The position numbers and the translations under genes were made by a program. The notes under the pieces are model-generated. The model worked only from the letters and a program-made list of their open reading frames with translations. It did not search any database and was not told the DNA's origin. A stretch of DNA of 64,000 nt from Nageia nagi (Eukaryota; Plantae; Pinophyta): contig JBITNC010000002.1 in NCBI GenBank assembly GCA_050084985.1, positions 32,054,001-32,118,000 on the forward strand, read 5' to 3'. Within the stretch, counting starts at the first letter, position 1. The number at the start of each line of letters is the position of its first letter. This document shows positions 1-11,639 of this stretch, one piece after another.

Positions 1-1670
1 ATTGCCTCTTAATTCCATACTTGGTACAATAATTATTGAATTCATTATTATTATACTCACCCCCTTTATCAGATTTTGACATCTTGATTTTGAATCCAGA
101 TTGATTTTCTACCAAGGCTTTGAAATCTTTGAACCTATCAAAGGTTTGATCCTTGTGTTCTAAAAGATAACCAAATATTATCTACTGAAGTCATCAATAA
201 AGGTCAAAACATAATATGCTCCCCTAAGAGACTTAATTGGAAATGGACCCATCAAATCTGAATGCATAAGCTGAAGAAGTTGAGTTGCTCTAGTTGCTTT
301 TTTTCAACAAAATTTTATTAATTCATTTTACCTAGAATGCACTTCTCATAAAGACCAATTGTAGGTGATATTGTAGATAAACCTTCCATAAGTTCATGAT
401 CTTTCATAACTTAAATGTTTTTATGGTTAAGATGGCCTAAATGATGGTGCCAAATATTGCATCTAGAGCAAACATTAGTTGCAAGGCATATCTTTATTAC
501 AGATTGATCAATAATATAAATATCATCTTTTATTGATCCTTTCACCAAAATCACAAGACCTTTTTTCATGTACCAAGAGTGTGAGATAAACTCAAAATGC
601 AAGGTTTCAAATTTACTTATCAACATTTTCAAAATGCATTTAGATTCAACAAAATCCACAACCATAAAAAAAGTGCAATATTTAGAGTAAAAAGTAGCAA
701 TATAACTATAATGTTTATTCTTCTTCTTGTTATTATAATTATTTTATTTTCCATATCCTTTTCCACCTTGACCTTTCTTTTTCTTGAAGCATTCGACTTC
801 TTTATGGCCACAGATGCCATAGAAATTACAATTTCCATCTTGCTCTTTTTTTTTCTTACGATAATTAACTTGCATATAACCATAAATGTTACAAAAATTA
901 CAATTTCCATCAAATTTATCTTTGGTTCTCTTAGACTTATCTTGATCATAATTTTTTCTATTTCCACCATTCTTGAAGTTCTTCTTAGGAGCATGAGAAC
1001 CATTTTTTTGGTTATGACCCTTCTTTTTGAAATGAGGCTTCATTGGTCTTAGTGCCATAGGAGATTCCTTAGGAGTGATGAGTAAAGCTTTATTGTTAAG
1101 TATTTTCTCATGTTTTAACAATTTCCTAGATAGGCTTTCCAAACATACCACTTCTTTCTCATCATTAGGCTTGGTTTCAATAACAGTTAAAGAATGGCTA
1201 AAATTAGCAAAAAGGTTTTAAAGGATGATGAAAATCAAAAACTCATTGTTGATTCAATTGTAACCACATCCCACAAGCTGAGTCCTAAGATCAATAACCT
1301 TATTCAGATATATTCCCACACTTTCTTTTTCCTCTTGATGAGATTGCAATAACTTTTGAAGAATGGTAAACCTTCTAAAGGCTTTAGTGCTAAAATAAAT
1401 ACTCTTTAGTTTATCTCAATCTTCTTTTATAGAGTTTGAAGAAGATATCATGAGAAAGATCTCATCTGAAATTGCATGAAAGATCATAGAAGTTGCCAAA
1501 TTATTCTTTGTGTTGTAAGCTTCAAGTTCCTTCTCCCCAAATGGAGCAACTTGGTTTTCATTGATAATCATCCAAAGTTTTCATACTTGAAGTTTTGCTT
1601 TCATTATAGGTTCTCAAATGCCAAAGTTGGAACCATCCAAGATATGCTTCGATGCAAAAGAATCTCCCAT
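1..1670 (-). pseudogene. Degenerate copia gag-pol (gag, zinc knuckles, integrase N-terminus)
   Basis: ORF fragments 744-1151 and 411-665 plus manual translation; frameshifts and stops are present. Confidence 0.88.
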
Positions 1671-2387
1671 TGCTACAAAATAATATGAAGGAGATAAATA
1701 ATGAAAGCATATATGTTGATTTTTTTTTTTTAAATCATCATGCAAATACATGTATGAACCAATCAACAAATCAAATGTTGAACTAATAATAAGAATAATA
1801 ACCATACATCCAACATCTTCATCACTAAGGATAATTGTAAAGAGTCAAGGCTTATTTTCTTGTCCAAAAATTAGGCCTTCACCTAAATGCTCGCAAGGAG
1901 CCCAAGTCCTACCAATCCTCAACCAGTTCTTCTTGGGTAGCAATATACTATTACAAGAAGTACTAGCTATTTTCTAAGGTTGTGATGTATATTGGATCAG
2001 TTAAATTAATTATCTTGATTAAGTTTTTAGTTTTTCTCCTACATTATCAGGATAATCCCTGAATGGGACGGGTGGACATGTGGTATCACTACACACATGC
2101 TTGTCCACCTATATGGAGTTAAATCCAAACCAACTGAAGACTTAGGGGCAATTGAGAAGTATGAACTTATCACCACTCAGGTTGTTGGATTAAAAGGATC
2201 TAATCTACCTTATCCTCACCTCATGGCTCCCCAAACAAGTCATGTTACGGAATAATCATGCGAATGTGTTCATTTTAGGGGAAGCAATTTTTCAATGTTT
2301 GTGTACTTCATGTATAAAGTAAAATGCAAAACAAAAAAATGCTTTAAATGTAAAACTTTATGCACACTTTTACCATAGGTATGAGCT

Positions 2388-2600
2388 AAAGAGTCCAATG
2401 GGTTTTGTTAACAACCCCTAATGGACCTTTTTTTACAATGTGTGCATTTAACTTTTAAGAAACCACATTAATTTAAGTAACAACATTTGAATCTTAAGAG
2501 TCTAATGGGTATTGTTAAAAACCCCGGATGGATCTCTTTTAACAAAGGCTCATTAATTTAAGTACCCATATTAATTTAAGTAACAACATTCAAATCCTTG
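2388..2600. repeat. Two ~108-bp tandem units, each starting with an imperfect hairpin, in the copia leader
   Basis: aaagagtccaatggg..ttgttaacaa..cccctaatggaccttt (2388-2432) and aagagtctaatggg..ccccggatggatctctttt (2496-2540), each followed by attaatttaagtaacaacatt. Confidence 0.7.
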
Positions 2601-3119
2601 TTACTTAAAAATAAATAATTTTGTTAGCCATCCACATGTGCAATAATTATGCTTTAGGAAAAAATTTTAAATTATACATTTTAAATTATTTTTCTTAAAA
2701 AAAAAAAACCTAAACACAGGTTTGCATGCATAATTAATATGAACATTAAAAAATTAATTCATGCTAACAATGAATCTTTGTATGTGATAAATGTATTCAT
2801 CCACATTAATTCAAGTTTTTATTAACTCATGCAAGATTAAAAAAGTTATTAAGTGTTTAAATTAAGTTTGTAAAATAGCACTTAAATAAAGCAATTTAGT
2901 AAGTTGTAATATATATATATATATATACTTGAATGTTAAAAAATATGCAATGTTTTAAAAAACTTGTAATATTGTCTGCTAAGGCAAAGGAGGGCATGAA
3001 TGGACGGTTGGAATTTTTATTTGCTTTTTTTTTTTACAAATATATTGTAATAATTAAACTTGTTAATTTGTAATAATAGAATTTTTAATTTTTGAATCTG
3101 TATATGTTTTTTTTTTAAT

Positions 3120-3350
3120 ATACTACCTTATATGCATGCAATAATGTATGATATTTGCATGTAATAATGCATGATTTTTTATGCATGCAATAATGCATGT
3201 TTTTTTAATTCATGCATGCAATAATACATGTTTTTTTATTTTTTTCTTACATGCATGTTTGTTTTCTTTTTTTCATGCATGCTTTTTATTTGTTTTTATG
3301 CATGTAATAATGTATGCCTTTTTTTTATGCATGCAATAATGCATATTTTT
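3120..3350. repeat. Degenerate minisatellite (ATGCATGCAATAATGCATGTTTTTT-like units)
   Basis: Repeated atgcatgcaataat motifs separated by T tracts. Confidence 0.75.
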
Positions 3351-3686
3351 TTTTACAAACAAACCAGTATTGCAAAAAAATGTAATGACATAATGGTAAA
3401 AAATTGCAAAACTTGCAAATTTAGCTATACATTAAGCAATTTATTAAAAATTGCAATTGACAAATTACTATTGGTAGATAATAATGTATAGCAATTGAAC
3501 TAACATGGTAGTAAAAAATAAATAAATTTTGCTAAACTTAAGCTCATCACAAAAATTAGTGATAAAGGAAAAATTTGACAAGAAGAGACAGAAGATTATA
3601 CCTTCAAACCTTTTTACCTCAATAAAGTAGATGTAGCAAGTGAAGGAATAACCCTCAAAGATGTTAATGAGAAGCCTCCAAGAACC

Positions 3687-3698
3687 GCTTTGATACCA
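3687..3698 (-). other. Primer-binding site (tRNA-iMet) of the copia element
   Basis: gctttgatacca is the reverse complement of TGGTATCAAAGC, 2 nt from the LTR edge. Confidence 0.9.
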
Positions 3699-3700
3699 CT

Positions 3701-4167
3701 TGATAAATTTAATCATTTATGAATAAACTCTAAACTACTAAGATCTCATGGAGGTTCATACAACATCAATACAAAAACTTAATTGCATAAGACAATCTCA
3801 CAAATAACACAAGATATAAGTGGTTCTTCCCCCCTTGGGAGTACGTCCACTAACTAAGATCTTATTATGAATGACTCTCTTACATAATATCTCCTCTCTT
3901 TTCAAACCCTAATCTTAGCTTTACAATAATTCCAATACAATGAGAGGAGGGGTACCTCTCAATTTATAAGGAGAAACCCACCCTTTAACCTTCCTTTAAC
4001 CCAAAGGTAAGGTTAAAAATGTTTCTATTTTAATCCTATTTCTAAATTTATTCTTCTTTCTATTTTTATTCCCTACATGCTTTAAGATATCTAAAGATAC
4101 TTTAAGCATTAAGTGAATTTACATTTAAAGGAAAATATAATACAATATTACATTATAAATTCTAACA
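3701..4167 (-). repeat. 5' LTR of the copia element
   Basis: Runs tgataaa...ttctaaca, abuts the PBS, and at its other end sharply interrupts the gypsy LTR at 4168. Confidence 0.8.
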
Positions 4168-5406
4168 CCAATATGGTCATCTTGTACAATACTTATTTTA
4201 TGTACTTGCATTTGTATTATGTAACTTGGGATATGAGACTTAATGGGTCAAGTGGACCCATTGTGAGCTCCAAGTGGGATGTCTCCCTCCTAAGTAGTAG
4301 AACAGGCATGTATTGCATTAGAGATCCCAGATTGTGAGAATCCTAAGGTACATTTATATATTATAGTGATGGACAACTGCCAACATGCTAGCGCCACTTT
4401 GGAGAGGGCCCCATATCCCCACGTTGGCTCGTGAGGACTCCAAGATCCCCATGTTGGCACTTTAAGTGTTAGGGACCCCATGTTAGCATTATTAGTGATT
4501 ATGACCCCCACATTAGCATTATGAGTGATCATGACCCCCACGTTGGCACTTTAAGTGATTGGGCCCCACAAATACCCAATGTTGGATTAGATGGACATAG
4601 GATGACTCCTATATGAGATCCAAATATAAGTAATGTATAAATAGACATTGGAGTTTCATTATTGGACAACCATTATTGATCATTACTTCTATTATAGTCC
4701 TTTGGACACATAGTTTTAGTAGTGCTAAGCATTTCATTCCCAGGTAGAGTGTTTAGAGGGCAGTTAGGTAGTGGGATCCTGATTATCTATGATATTGGTA
4801 GAGCACCTTTGCCCAATCTGATGGTATTTTGAGGGTTTACTTCTACCATTTTATCAATTAGCTAGAGTTTGAAGAGGGATGCTTCGGTGGAGAGGATTCA
4901 AGGTTCGAAGAGGTGAATCCATCATGTGGTTCCATAGTTGTCCAACATCAAAAATATCATTTTATTATACCCTAGTTGGTTCTTCAGAGGCCAACAATTG
5001 CCCATTGGGCTTGGTATTATACTTGCTATCATTATATATAATTTGTATAGCCAAAGGGCATTTGGATGTCATGCTTTTATTGTATTACTTCATCTTGTGC
5101 ATGCATTGGATCTTGATGGTTGTGTATGCTTATGTTTATCATTCAAAGGCACCTTAATGTGTTAGAGTTTGTATTATGCATGTATGAGCTAGACGTTGGC
5201 ATTTTGAGGTTGTATTCATTGATGCATGCTTACATATGCTAGACATTGGAATTTCGGGTATTTGAATGTGTAATCTGGATGTCCTAACCCTAATGTTGCA
5301 AGCTTGAGGGTTTGTTGTCTTATGTATGATGCCCTAGACTTAACATTGGGGCTTAATGATCCTGTATTGCTAGTTAGAAAGGAAATTTAATTTTTGGATC
5401 ATCACA
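4168..5406 (+). mobile_element. Gypsy-type LTR, family F copy 1 (first ~30 bp displaced by the copia insertion)
   Basis: Reverse-complement homologous to solo LTRs 17049-18281 and 45560-46803; ends ggatcatcaca; contains a ~30-bp ccccacgttggc array. Confidence 0.85.
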
Positions 5407-5712
5407 AAAGGGTGAAGTCATATATAGTCAATAATTAATGCATATCCATAAGAAAGGGATGTAGCATGGAGAAATCCCATTAAATAGGAAAAAAGAGTAA
5501 ATTCCCACACACGTGATTATAGAATATTGGTTTGATAAGCAAACTTCAAAATGCAATATCTCATTTGTTTCTTGATGAAACCATGTTGTGTAACCTATCA
5601 AAATATTTGACAGAAGACACTTTGTCAAAATAAGAAGACAAATCAATAATCTAGAACCTGTGGTGATAATTAATAGTAGGAAAACGGTACAGGATAAGAA
5701 AAGATATATAAT
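5407..5712 (-). mobile_element. Gypsy-type LTR 5' fragment (family H)
   Basis: Reverse-complement match to 58542-58850 (catcaagaaac..gagatattgcattttgaag, atttaatgggatt). Confidence 0.7.
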
Positions 5713-7698
5713 AATCAAAATTTGGAAAATGTAATTTAGTTGTTCTTAGGAGAATGGTTGCTTGTTGACCCTTATTATTATTTTGATGTATGTCTCGAAA
5801 ATTGTTGAGAACCCAAACTTGTTATGTTTTAATATTGTGTTGCTACTGCTCATTATGACATTTATTATACTTGCATTAGGTTCTTGTTTAAAAGTCATAT
5901 TTAGAATTTAATTTTAGCATCCTTCTCTATATGTCATAAAAAGCATGCTTGGGTTTAGCTTGAGTGAGCATCTTCTTGATTTGTTTAATATCATAGTCCA
6001 ATTTCTCTATGGTGGGGTCTTCAAATCTTCTTCCTTCCGTCATTAAAATTTGCTAAAAAAAAATTACTCTTTTTTGTTGTCAATATATCCCTTATACTAT
6101 ACTAAAATGCTCTAAGAATTCTATTATATATAACTACCAAACATTTTCAACCAAATTTGAAATTCTATAAGAAAATGTTATCAAATGCAAAAGTTATGAA
6201 TGTTTTATCTTTTCCCTTTTATTGAAAAATATGGATTTATGGTTTCTGAGAGAGACACTAATTTTCATATAAGTCAACCAATATGTCTCCAAATGATATG
6301 AAAATTTGACTATTTGATTCCCTTATACGTCAAAATCTCTTTCCCAAAAATAAAAAATAAATTCACCTTCTTTCACCCTCTAGAACAAATTTAGTGCAAA
6401 ACTTAACATGCTAATAAAATTCACAATAAAGCTTGAAATGACCTAAATTTTGGATTGTATATGTGTGATGTGACTATAAAAAACCCTTAAATTTGGTCAA
6501 AAAATCCTATGAATGAATGGGATTTTATCAATTTACTTGAGCTTGCTGAAAATTTATTTTTTTTGTCCAGGTCTTACAAAATTGCCCAAATGATTTCAAA
6601 ATCACAAATAATCATTAGATCTACCCACGAGAGACCAAGTTAATTATCTGATACTAGATGTTAAGACCTTAAGGGTTCAACACACAATTTGTCTACAGTC
6701 TTCAAATAATAATCTTCAAACATAACCTTCAAATAAAAAGATAGCATAACAAGATCACAAAATGGAGAAAATGTCAAAACTACTTTAATAAGTAGCAAGA
6801 ATCACATGCCACTTTGTGGGGGCTTACTCCTTACAACATAAAAGATAAATATTTTCTCCAAGATGTAATTTCTACCTCTCTTACATAAATTTATAGTAAT
6901 ACTACTCTAAACTGTGGTTCAATTATTTGAGCATTACAAGATGATGGTTCACCTTGAAGATTCATATTATGAGTCGAAACAAATCAATATATCAACTAAT
7001 TATACTACTAGTGATAATTAAATACTAGGATACAGAGTCCTCACATTGAATGCCTCCTAACATGTTCTTACCTCTCTTCGTCCATGCATGAGTTCTCCAA
7101 CTTCTTCAAATGTGTATAGTGTTTCCTCCATTCCTTCTTACCTTTCATACATGTTTCTATCACACTTGTAATTTATATTATTAAATACATAATTTCTTTT
7201 ACATTTCTAATTTTTTAATCTTTAAAAGTTATTAAATTTTTTATGTATTTGATGGAATTTTATCACAAACAAGTATATATTCTTCTTTAAAATATATCAC
7301 TCAAATTACTTATTTAATACCAAATTTAAATTTTAACATCACCAATAACTCCATTAAATATTACATACACAATAACAAACATAAGTACATTCAAAATTTC
7401 ATGCTTAATAACATATTTAAATTTTAATATTACAAACAACTTCATTAAAAGAAAAACATAAACAATAACAAACATAGAATAAATTATAATACAATTTTAT
7501 CCATATATCATATAAATTTTCAAACATAAACATAATTAATTTCCTCTTACATAAATTTATTTTTATTATGTATAGATTTCACTCATTTTTTATTTATTTA
7601 AAGATGAAATTATTTTAAAAATAAATTAATAAATTAATGATTATTATTTTATTACATATAAAATACGAATATTGCTGAATATTACCTCTTTCTGTTTG

Positions 7699-7708
7699 TG
7701 GCGCCAAA
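7699..7708 (-). promoter_or_regulatory. E2F/DP binding site TTTGGCGC in the putative ORC4 promoter
   Basis: tggcgccaaa matches the E2F consensus TTTSSCGC. It sits at the transition from AT-rich intergenic DNA to UTR-like sequence, 1.5 kb above the ATG. Replication-licensing genes are classic E2F targets. Confidence 0.65.
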
Positions 7709-9216
7709 GCAGAGAAGGTGGAATAACCTAAACCTTCACAAACATTCATTTTCTTGTGGTCAAAATCTCCATCTTCAATCGGCACAAAAATTAGCAAGCG
7801 GAGAAGTTAAATATTCGCTGCAGTGTGAGTCATCTTTCTTAGGAGAAAAAAATTACAGTCAAAATTTCCCTGCACCTTTGCAAGATTAAGCTTATCACAG
7901 CATGGAGTTTTGAAATGCTAGATTTAAATCAAAGTAGGATAATTTTGATGAACTAAACATTTTCAGAAGTTTATGAAACGATGCAAAGGAAATGGAATAA
8001 GGCTTTCAATTCAGAGATGGATTTCTGTAGGTGCTATATAAATTTTAGCATTTTCTTTTTGCTATAGATTTAAATCGATTTATAGAAGTTGAGATGAATT
8101 GGCAATTTGTGGAAAATTTGTTTTTCATTTTTCTTTAAATTTTGTCTGGTGAGGAGGGGACTGGCATTTTTTAAAGAACTTTAAACTACTTTGTGGAAAT
8201 TGAGATTGACATTCATTTCATAATGGAAAATGTTTTTATTTTGTTGTTTATTAAGGTAGCTTTTAATTTATTCATTTCTGCCTAAATAAGTACGATTCCT
8301 CATATAGGTATTGCTCCATTTGAAGGGGCGTGTCTACTGTTGCTTGTACTGATTTAGCTTATATTCTAGAAGTTGTAAATGTAAGCTGGGGTTTCTGCAA
8401 CTCTCGCATTGTCTTAATTGCAGACATTACCGTCCTGCAAATTCAGCAACAAGTGACTACTTTATTGAGAATGACAAATCCTACAATACATACAACATTT
8501 CTTTACGTCAGTTTTTTCATGAATTTTGATACCATTGTTCAAAATCAAATACAGGGTGTAACAATACATGTTATACCGCATCCAAGGAATTTAGAAGAAA
8601 TTGTTACAGCCTTGCTCTGCATTTGCATCAATATGATCTATGCATTTCAGCTCGACCAAACAGTTTGTCTTAATGAGTTGCCGCCAGTGAATATGACAAT
8701 GAGCTTGTAAATCATTTATGTGTAGGTCTTGTCTTCATCAACATAACTTTACAAACATTCAGATTTGATTATATTCCTTTACATACACATTTACCTATTA
8801 ATGTTAAGTAACTTTCTAAAATTCACAAATCAGTTATTTGTTGCAACTTTATGAGCATATTGTAAAGCATCAGTTTCTTGGTTCTTCTATAGAAGTATCA
8901 GACTCTTCAAACATTTGATAATTGGCATCATCCAGTGCATTGCAGAGAAAAAAAAAGGTTGAATATTATGCTGCTTTCATTTTGTGTTTTGTTCTCATAG
9001 TTACTCAAGACTTTACTCCCAGTTTTGTAGGAAATATACGATTGTTGTTTGAGTTCGACTACTGAGTTGGTTAGTCTGCAGATGAGAAATGAGACACGAT
9101 AAAGTCTAGCATTTATCCCTATTATCTATATAGACATCAGATTCAAAATAATTTTGTGTGTCCCTCAACTTGTTAGCTAAAGGAAGTTGCAGATTTTGCA
9201 AATAAGAGGATTTCCA

Positions 9217-9332
9217 ATGGAAGGCTCTCATGACAGAGCAGCAATTGAAGATGCATTAACATTTCTTCGTCGTAGGCTTTGTGATAGCTCTTCATTAGAG
9301 CTCCTGCTTCCTCTTGCTGCAGAAAACTATAG
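9217..9332 (+). CDS. ORC4: ORC4 coding exon 1 (MEGSHDRAAIEDALTFLRRRLCDSSSLELLLPLAAENY)
   Basis: ATG preceded by in-frame TAA at 9178; donor AG|gtaac; phase 2. Confidence 0.9.
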
Positions 9333-9508
9333 GTAACAACTGCTTTAGTGTAGCTGGTAGACTGTGTGAAATCCATTATGCATTTTCTCTGTTATATTTT
9401 GCATGTATGGATTAGCTATTCATCCTTGTAGCTAAAAGCACGCTTAAATGTTTTGCATGTTGCCGACTTGGTTGCATCATGTCAAATATAAATCGTTGTT
9501 GTTCCCAG

Positions 9509-9599
9509 TAAGTTGCAGTATATACTCTCGAACACTGTTACCAGCACTTGCAATAATTCAGTACTGCTTCTTGGTCCAAGAGGATGTGGCAAGTCCATG
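9509..9599 (+). CDS. ORC4: ORC4 exon 2 (SKLQYILSNTVTSTCNNSVLLLGPRGCGKSM; Walker A)
   Basis: cccag| acceptor, |gtaaac donor, P-loop GPRGCGKS. Confidence 0.96.
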
Positions 9600-9694
9600 G
9601 TAAACTGCAATGCTTGTTGTTAAGTTATATGACATTTCATTATTTACTGTGATTTATGTTACATATTGGATGATTTTATTCCATATTGTTGAAG

Positions 9695-9751
9695 GTGTTA
9701 GAGCGTGTCCTGAAAGAATTGCAATGCCAACATGCTGACATGATCTCAGTT
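9695..9751 (+). CDS. ORC4: ORC4 exon 3 (VLERVLKELQCQHADMISV)
   Basis: gaag| acceptor, |gtaagt donor, 19 codons. Confidence 0.92.
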
Positions 9752-10166
9752 GTAAGTTTTTTTAAATTTAGTAATTTTTTACATTCATTTCAATGTGAAA
9801 TTTAATAACCATATTCAATCCTCAAGGTGTCATCAATGTACTTTTGATACTTTCACAAGTGAACTGTTGAATTTTTTAATTTGGCATTGCTTTGTTTCCT
9901 ATTTAATGATAGATTGGTATGGACAGGCTAAGTATGTCCAATTCCTTAAATGGAATTGAAGATAAGTGGACTGTTCATTTCCTCATTAACTGTGATGGTG
10001 TTCCTTTTGTGGCTTGTAAAATGTCCTTCAAAACTGAAAATTAAGTGAATTAAGGCAAACACATAATCTCCCTTTTGTTCGATTTGATCATTATGGATGC
10101 AAAAGATTTCACATACGTTATTGAAAGACTGGAATGTATAATGAGAACGTGTCCTTTTGTATTCAG

Positions 10167-10214
10167 GTTAGACTGAATGGCCTTCTCCATAGCGATGATC
10201 GTTGTGCCTTGAAG
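10167..10214 (+). CDS. ORC4: ORC4 exon 4 (VRLNGLLHSDDRCALK)
   Basis: ttcag| acceptor, |gtaagc donor; conserved RLNGLLHSDD. Confidence 0.96.
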
Positions 10215-11639
10215 GTAAGCATCTTGAAATTTTTTCTATTTATAAAACTTATTTTGAAGACAATACATGCTCTCACATATAATTTAAGTTGTTTGATTTC
10301 TGAGGATGTTAAAAATAGAGCTTGCTTATCTAAACTTTTTATGCGAGTGTTGCTGTTGTGACCAAAGTGTATTTGGTGTGTGGACTCATTACAGTAATAA
10401 AAGAATTGGATGTTGCAATTTTTATTCTTTTTTATAGTTAAATTGAAATGCACTTTTTGGGACATCTTTCAAATGGTAGTATCTGCACGTGCTAGTCATA
10501 AAACCACAGAATAAATTACACTAACTTCAGGTACACAAACTTTTGAAAGAAACTAGATGGAGTCCAGAAAATGGTAGATATGGAGAAAAGCAATTGGACT
10601 ATCACTATTCTCAACAGTCAGACCAAATCTATGCCTGCTGTGTCTTGTCTCAGGCTTTTCTCCAATAGAAAAAATGCAGTAATGTATCTTCATTTTACTG
10701 GTCTAGTTAGAGCTGTAACATAAGTTATATAATGGTTTAACTTAGAATCCATTCCTCTGCTCTCTTTAACATATATTGTATATATGAAGTTTTAAATGAG
10801 GCAAATTCTACAGCAGTGTTGAAAACATGAAGCAATGAAAAGCATGGCTGTTAGTAAGAAGAATACTGATTTCTTTATGATACAGATATCCTGTAACTAG
10901 ACTTCTATTAAAACTAATACCCAATATCTTTTCATATGTTGTGTTGATTGTAGTTGCTCTACATAAGCTGATTATGCTAATCTCTACTTACACACTATAG
11001 TCATCGCAAGAAAACTCTACAAGTAATTTTAGGTTGCTTTTAGGTAATTTTCTGTTTACAAGAGAAGGCATCTTATATTGTTTCTGCGGAGGAAAAATTA
11101 GAAAAGTTGTAGGCAGAGTTATGCGGGCATTCTATAGAAATGTAAGCAAACATAAACAAGCCAAGATTCAAGTACATAGAGTTTTATGCCATGTAGGTCC
11201 ATTAGCAATCTTAGGTTCTAAAGTTTGACAAAAAAGTAACAGTGAACTGAGTAGACTGCAATGACTATATTCCGTTTCATCATCTGAAAATGTATATGAT
11301 CCAAGGCAGCAGATTTTTAGCTGTGTCCACCTTGTGAACACCTGCATGGGCAACTTTAGACTGCATCCCAACTATTTCCATTTTAATATTCCCAGCTATA
11401 TGAAGATGTCCTCTAGAAGAGGCAATCTTCTCATCCTTAACCCTTCTCCAAATCTCTGCTGCAACTTGATATATAGTTTATTAAGCTACAGGTGATTTTT
11501 CCAGTGATGACGAGTGCTGATAAAAAATTCTGCAGGTATCACATAAACTTTAATTCAAAGGACCACCTTATGATACTTCCATCACAGCTTTGGCAACAAG
11601 ATTATTGATTTAAGAAGAAAATTATCAAAACTGCATGAG

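Larger units (their letters stand above)
1..4167 (-). mobile_element. Ty1/copia LTR retrotransposon, 5' part (LTR, PBS, ~2 kb leader, gag, integrase); continues left of the window
   Basis: The minus strand gives a gag start (MGDSFASKHILDGSNFGI), CCHC-like knuckles, GAG-pre-integrase WHHHLGHLN and integrase HSDLMGP...VLTFIDDFS...KSDKGGEY. A tRNA-Met PBS lies at 3687-3698 next to a TG..CA LTR. Confidence 0.92.

Noticed and set aside
2130-2200. Hammerhead ribozyme (retrozyme) core CTGAAGA
   Set aside because: No properly placed GAAA or closing stems could be built.
5750-6700. Old DNA-transposon/MITE remnants here and at 40680-41250 and 54560-54900
   Set aside because: The composition is suggestive, but I could not define TIRs, TSDs or coding motifs.
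8330-8710. 126-aa ORF upstream of ORC4 as a separate gene
   Set aside because: It starts at a non-ATG codon, has no recognisable motif, and lies in the presumed 5' UTR intron.
11500-11520. Exact left boundary and TSD of family G copy 1
   Set aside because: I tried several TG starts (11505, 11515, 11518) against candidate CA ends and found no convincing 5-bp duplication, so the boundaries remain approximate.
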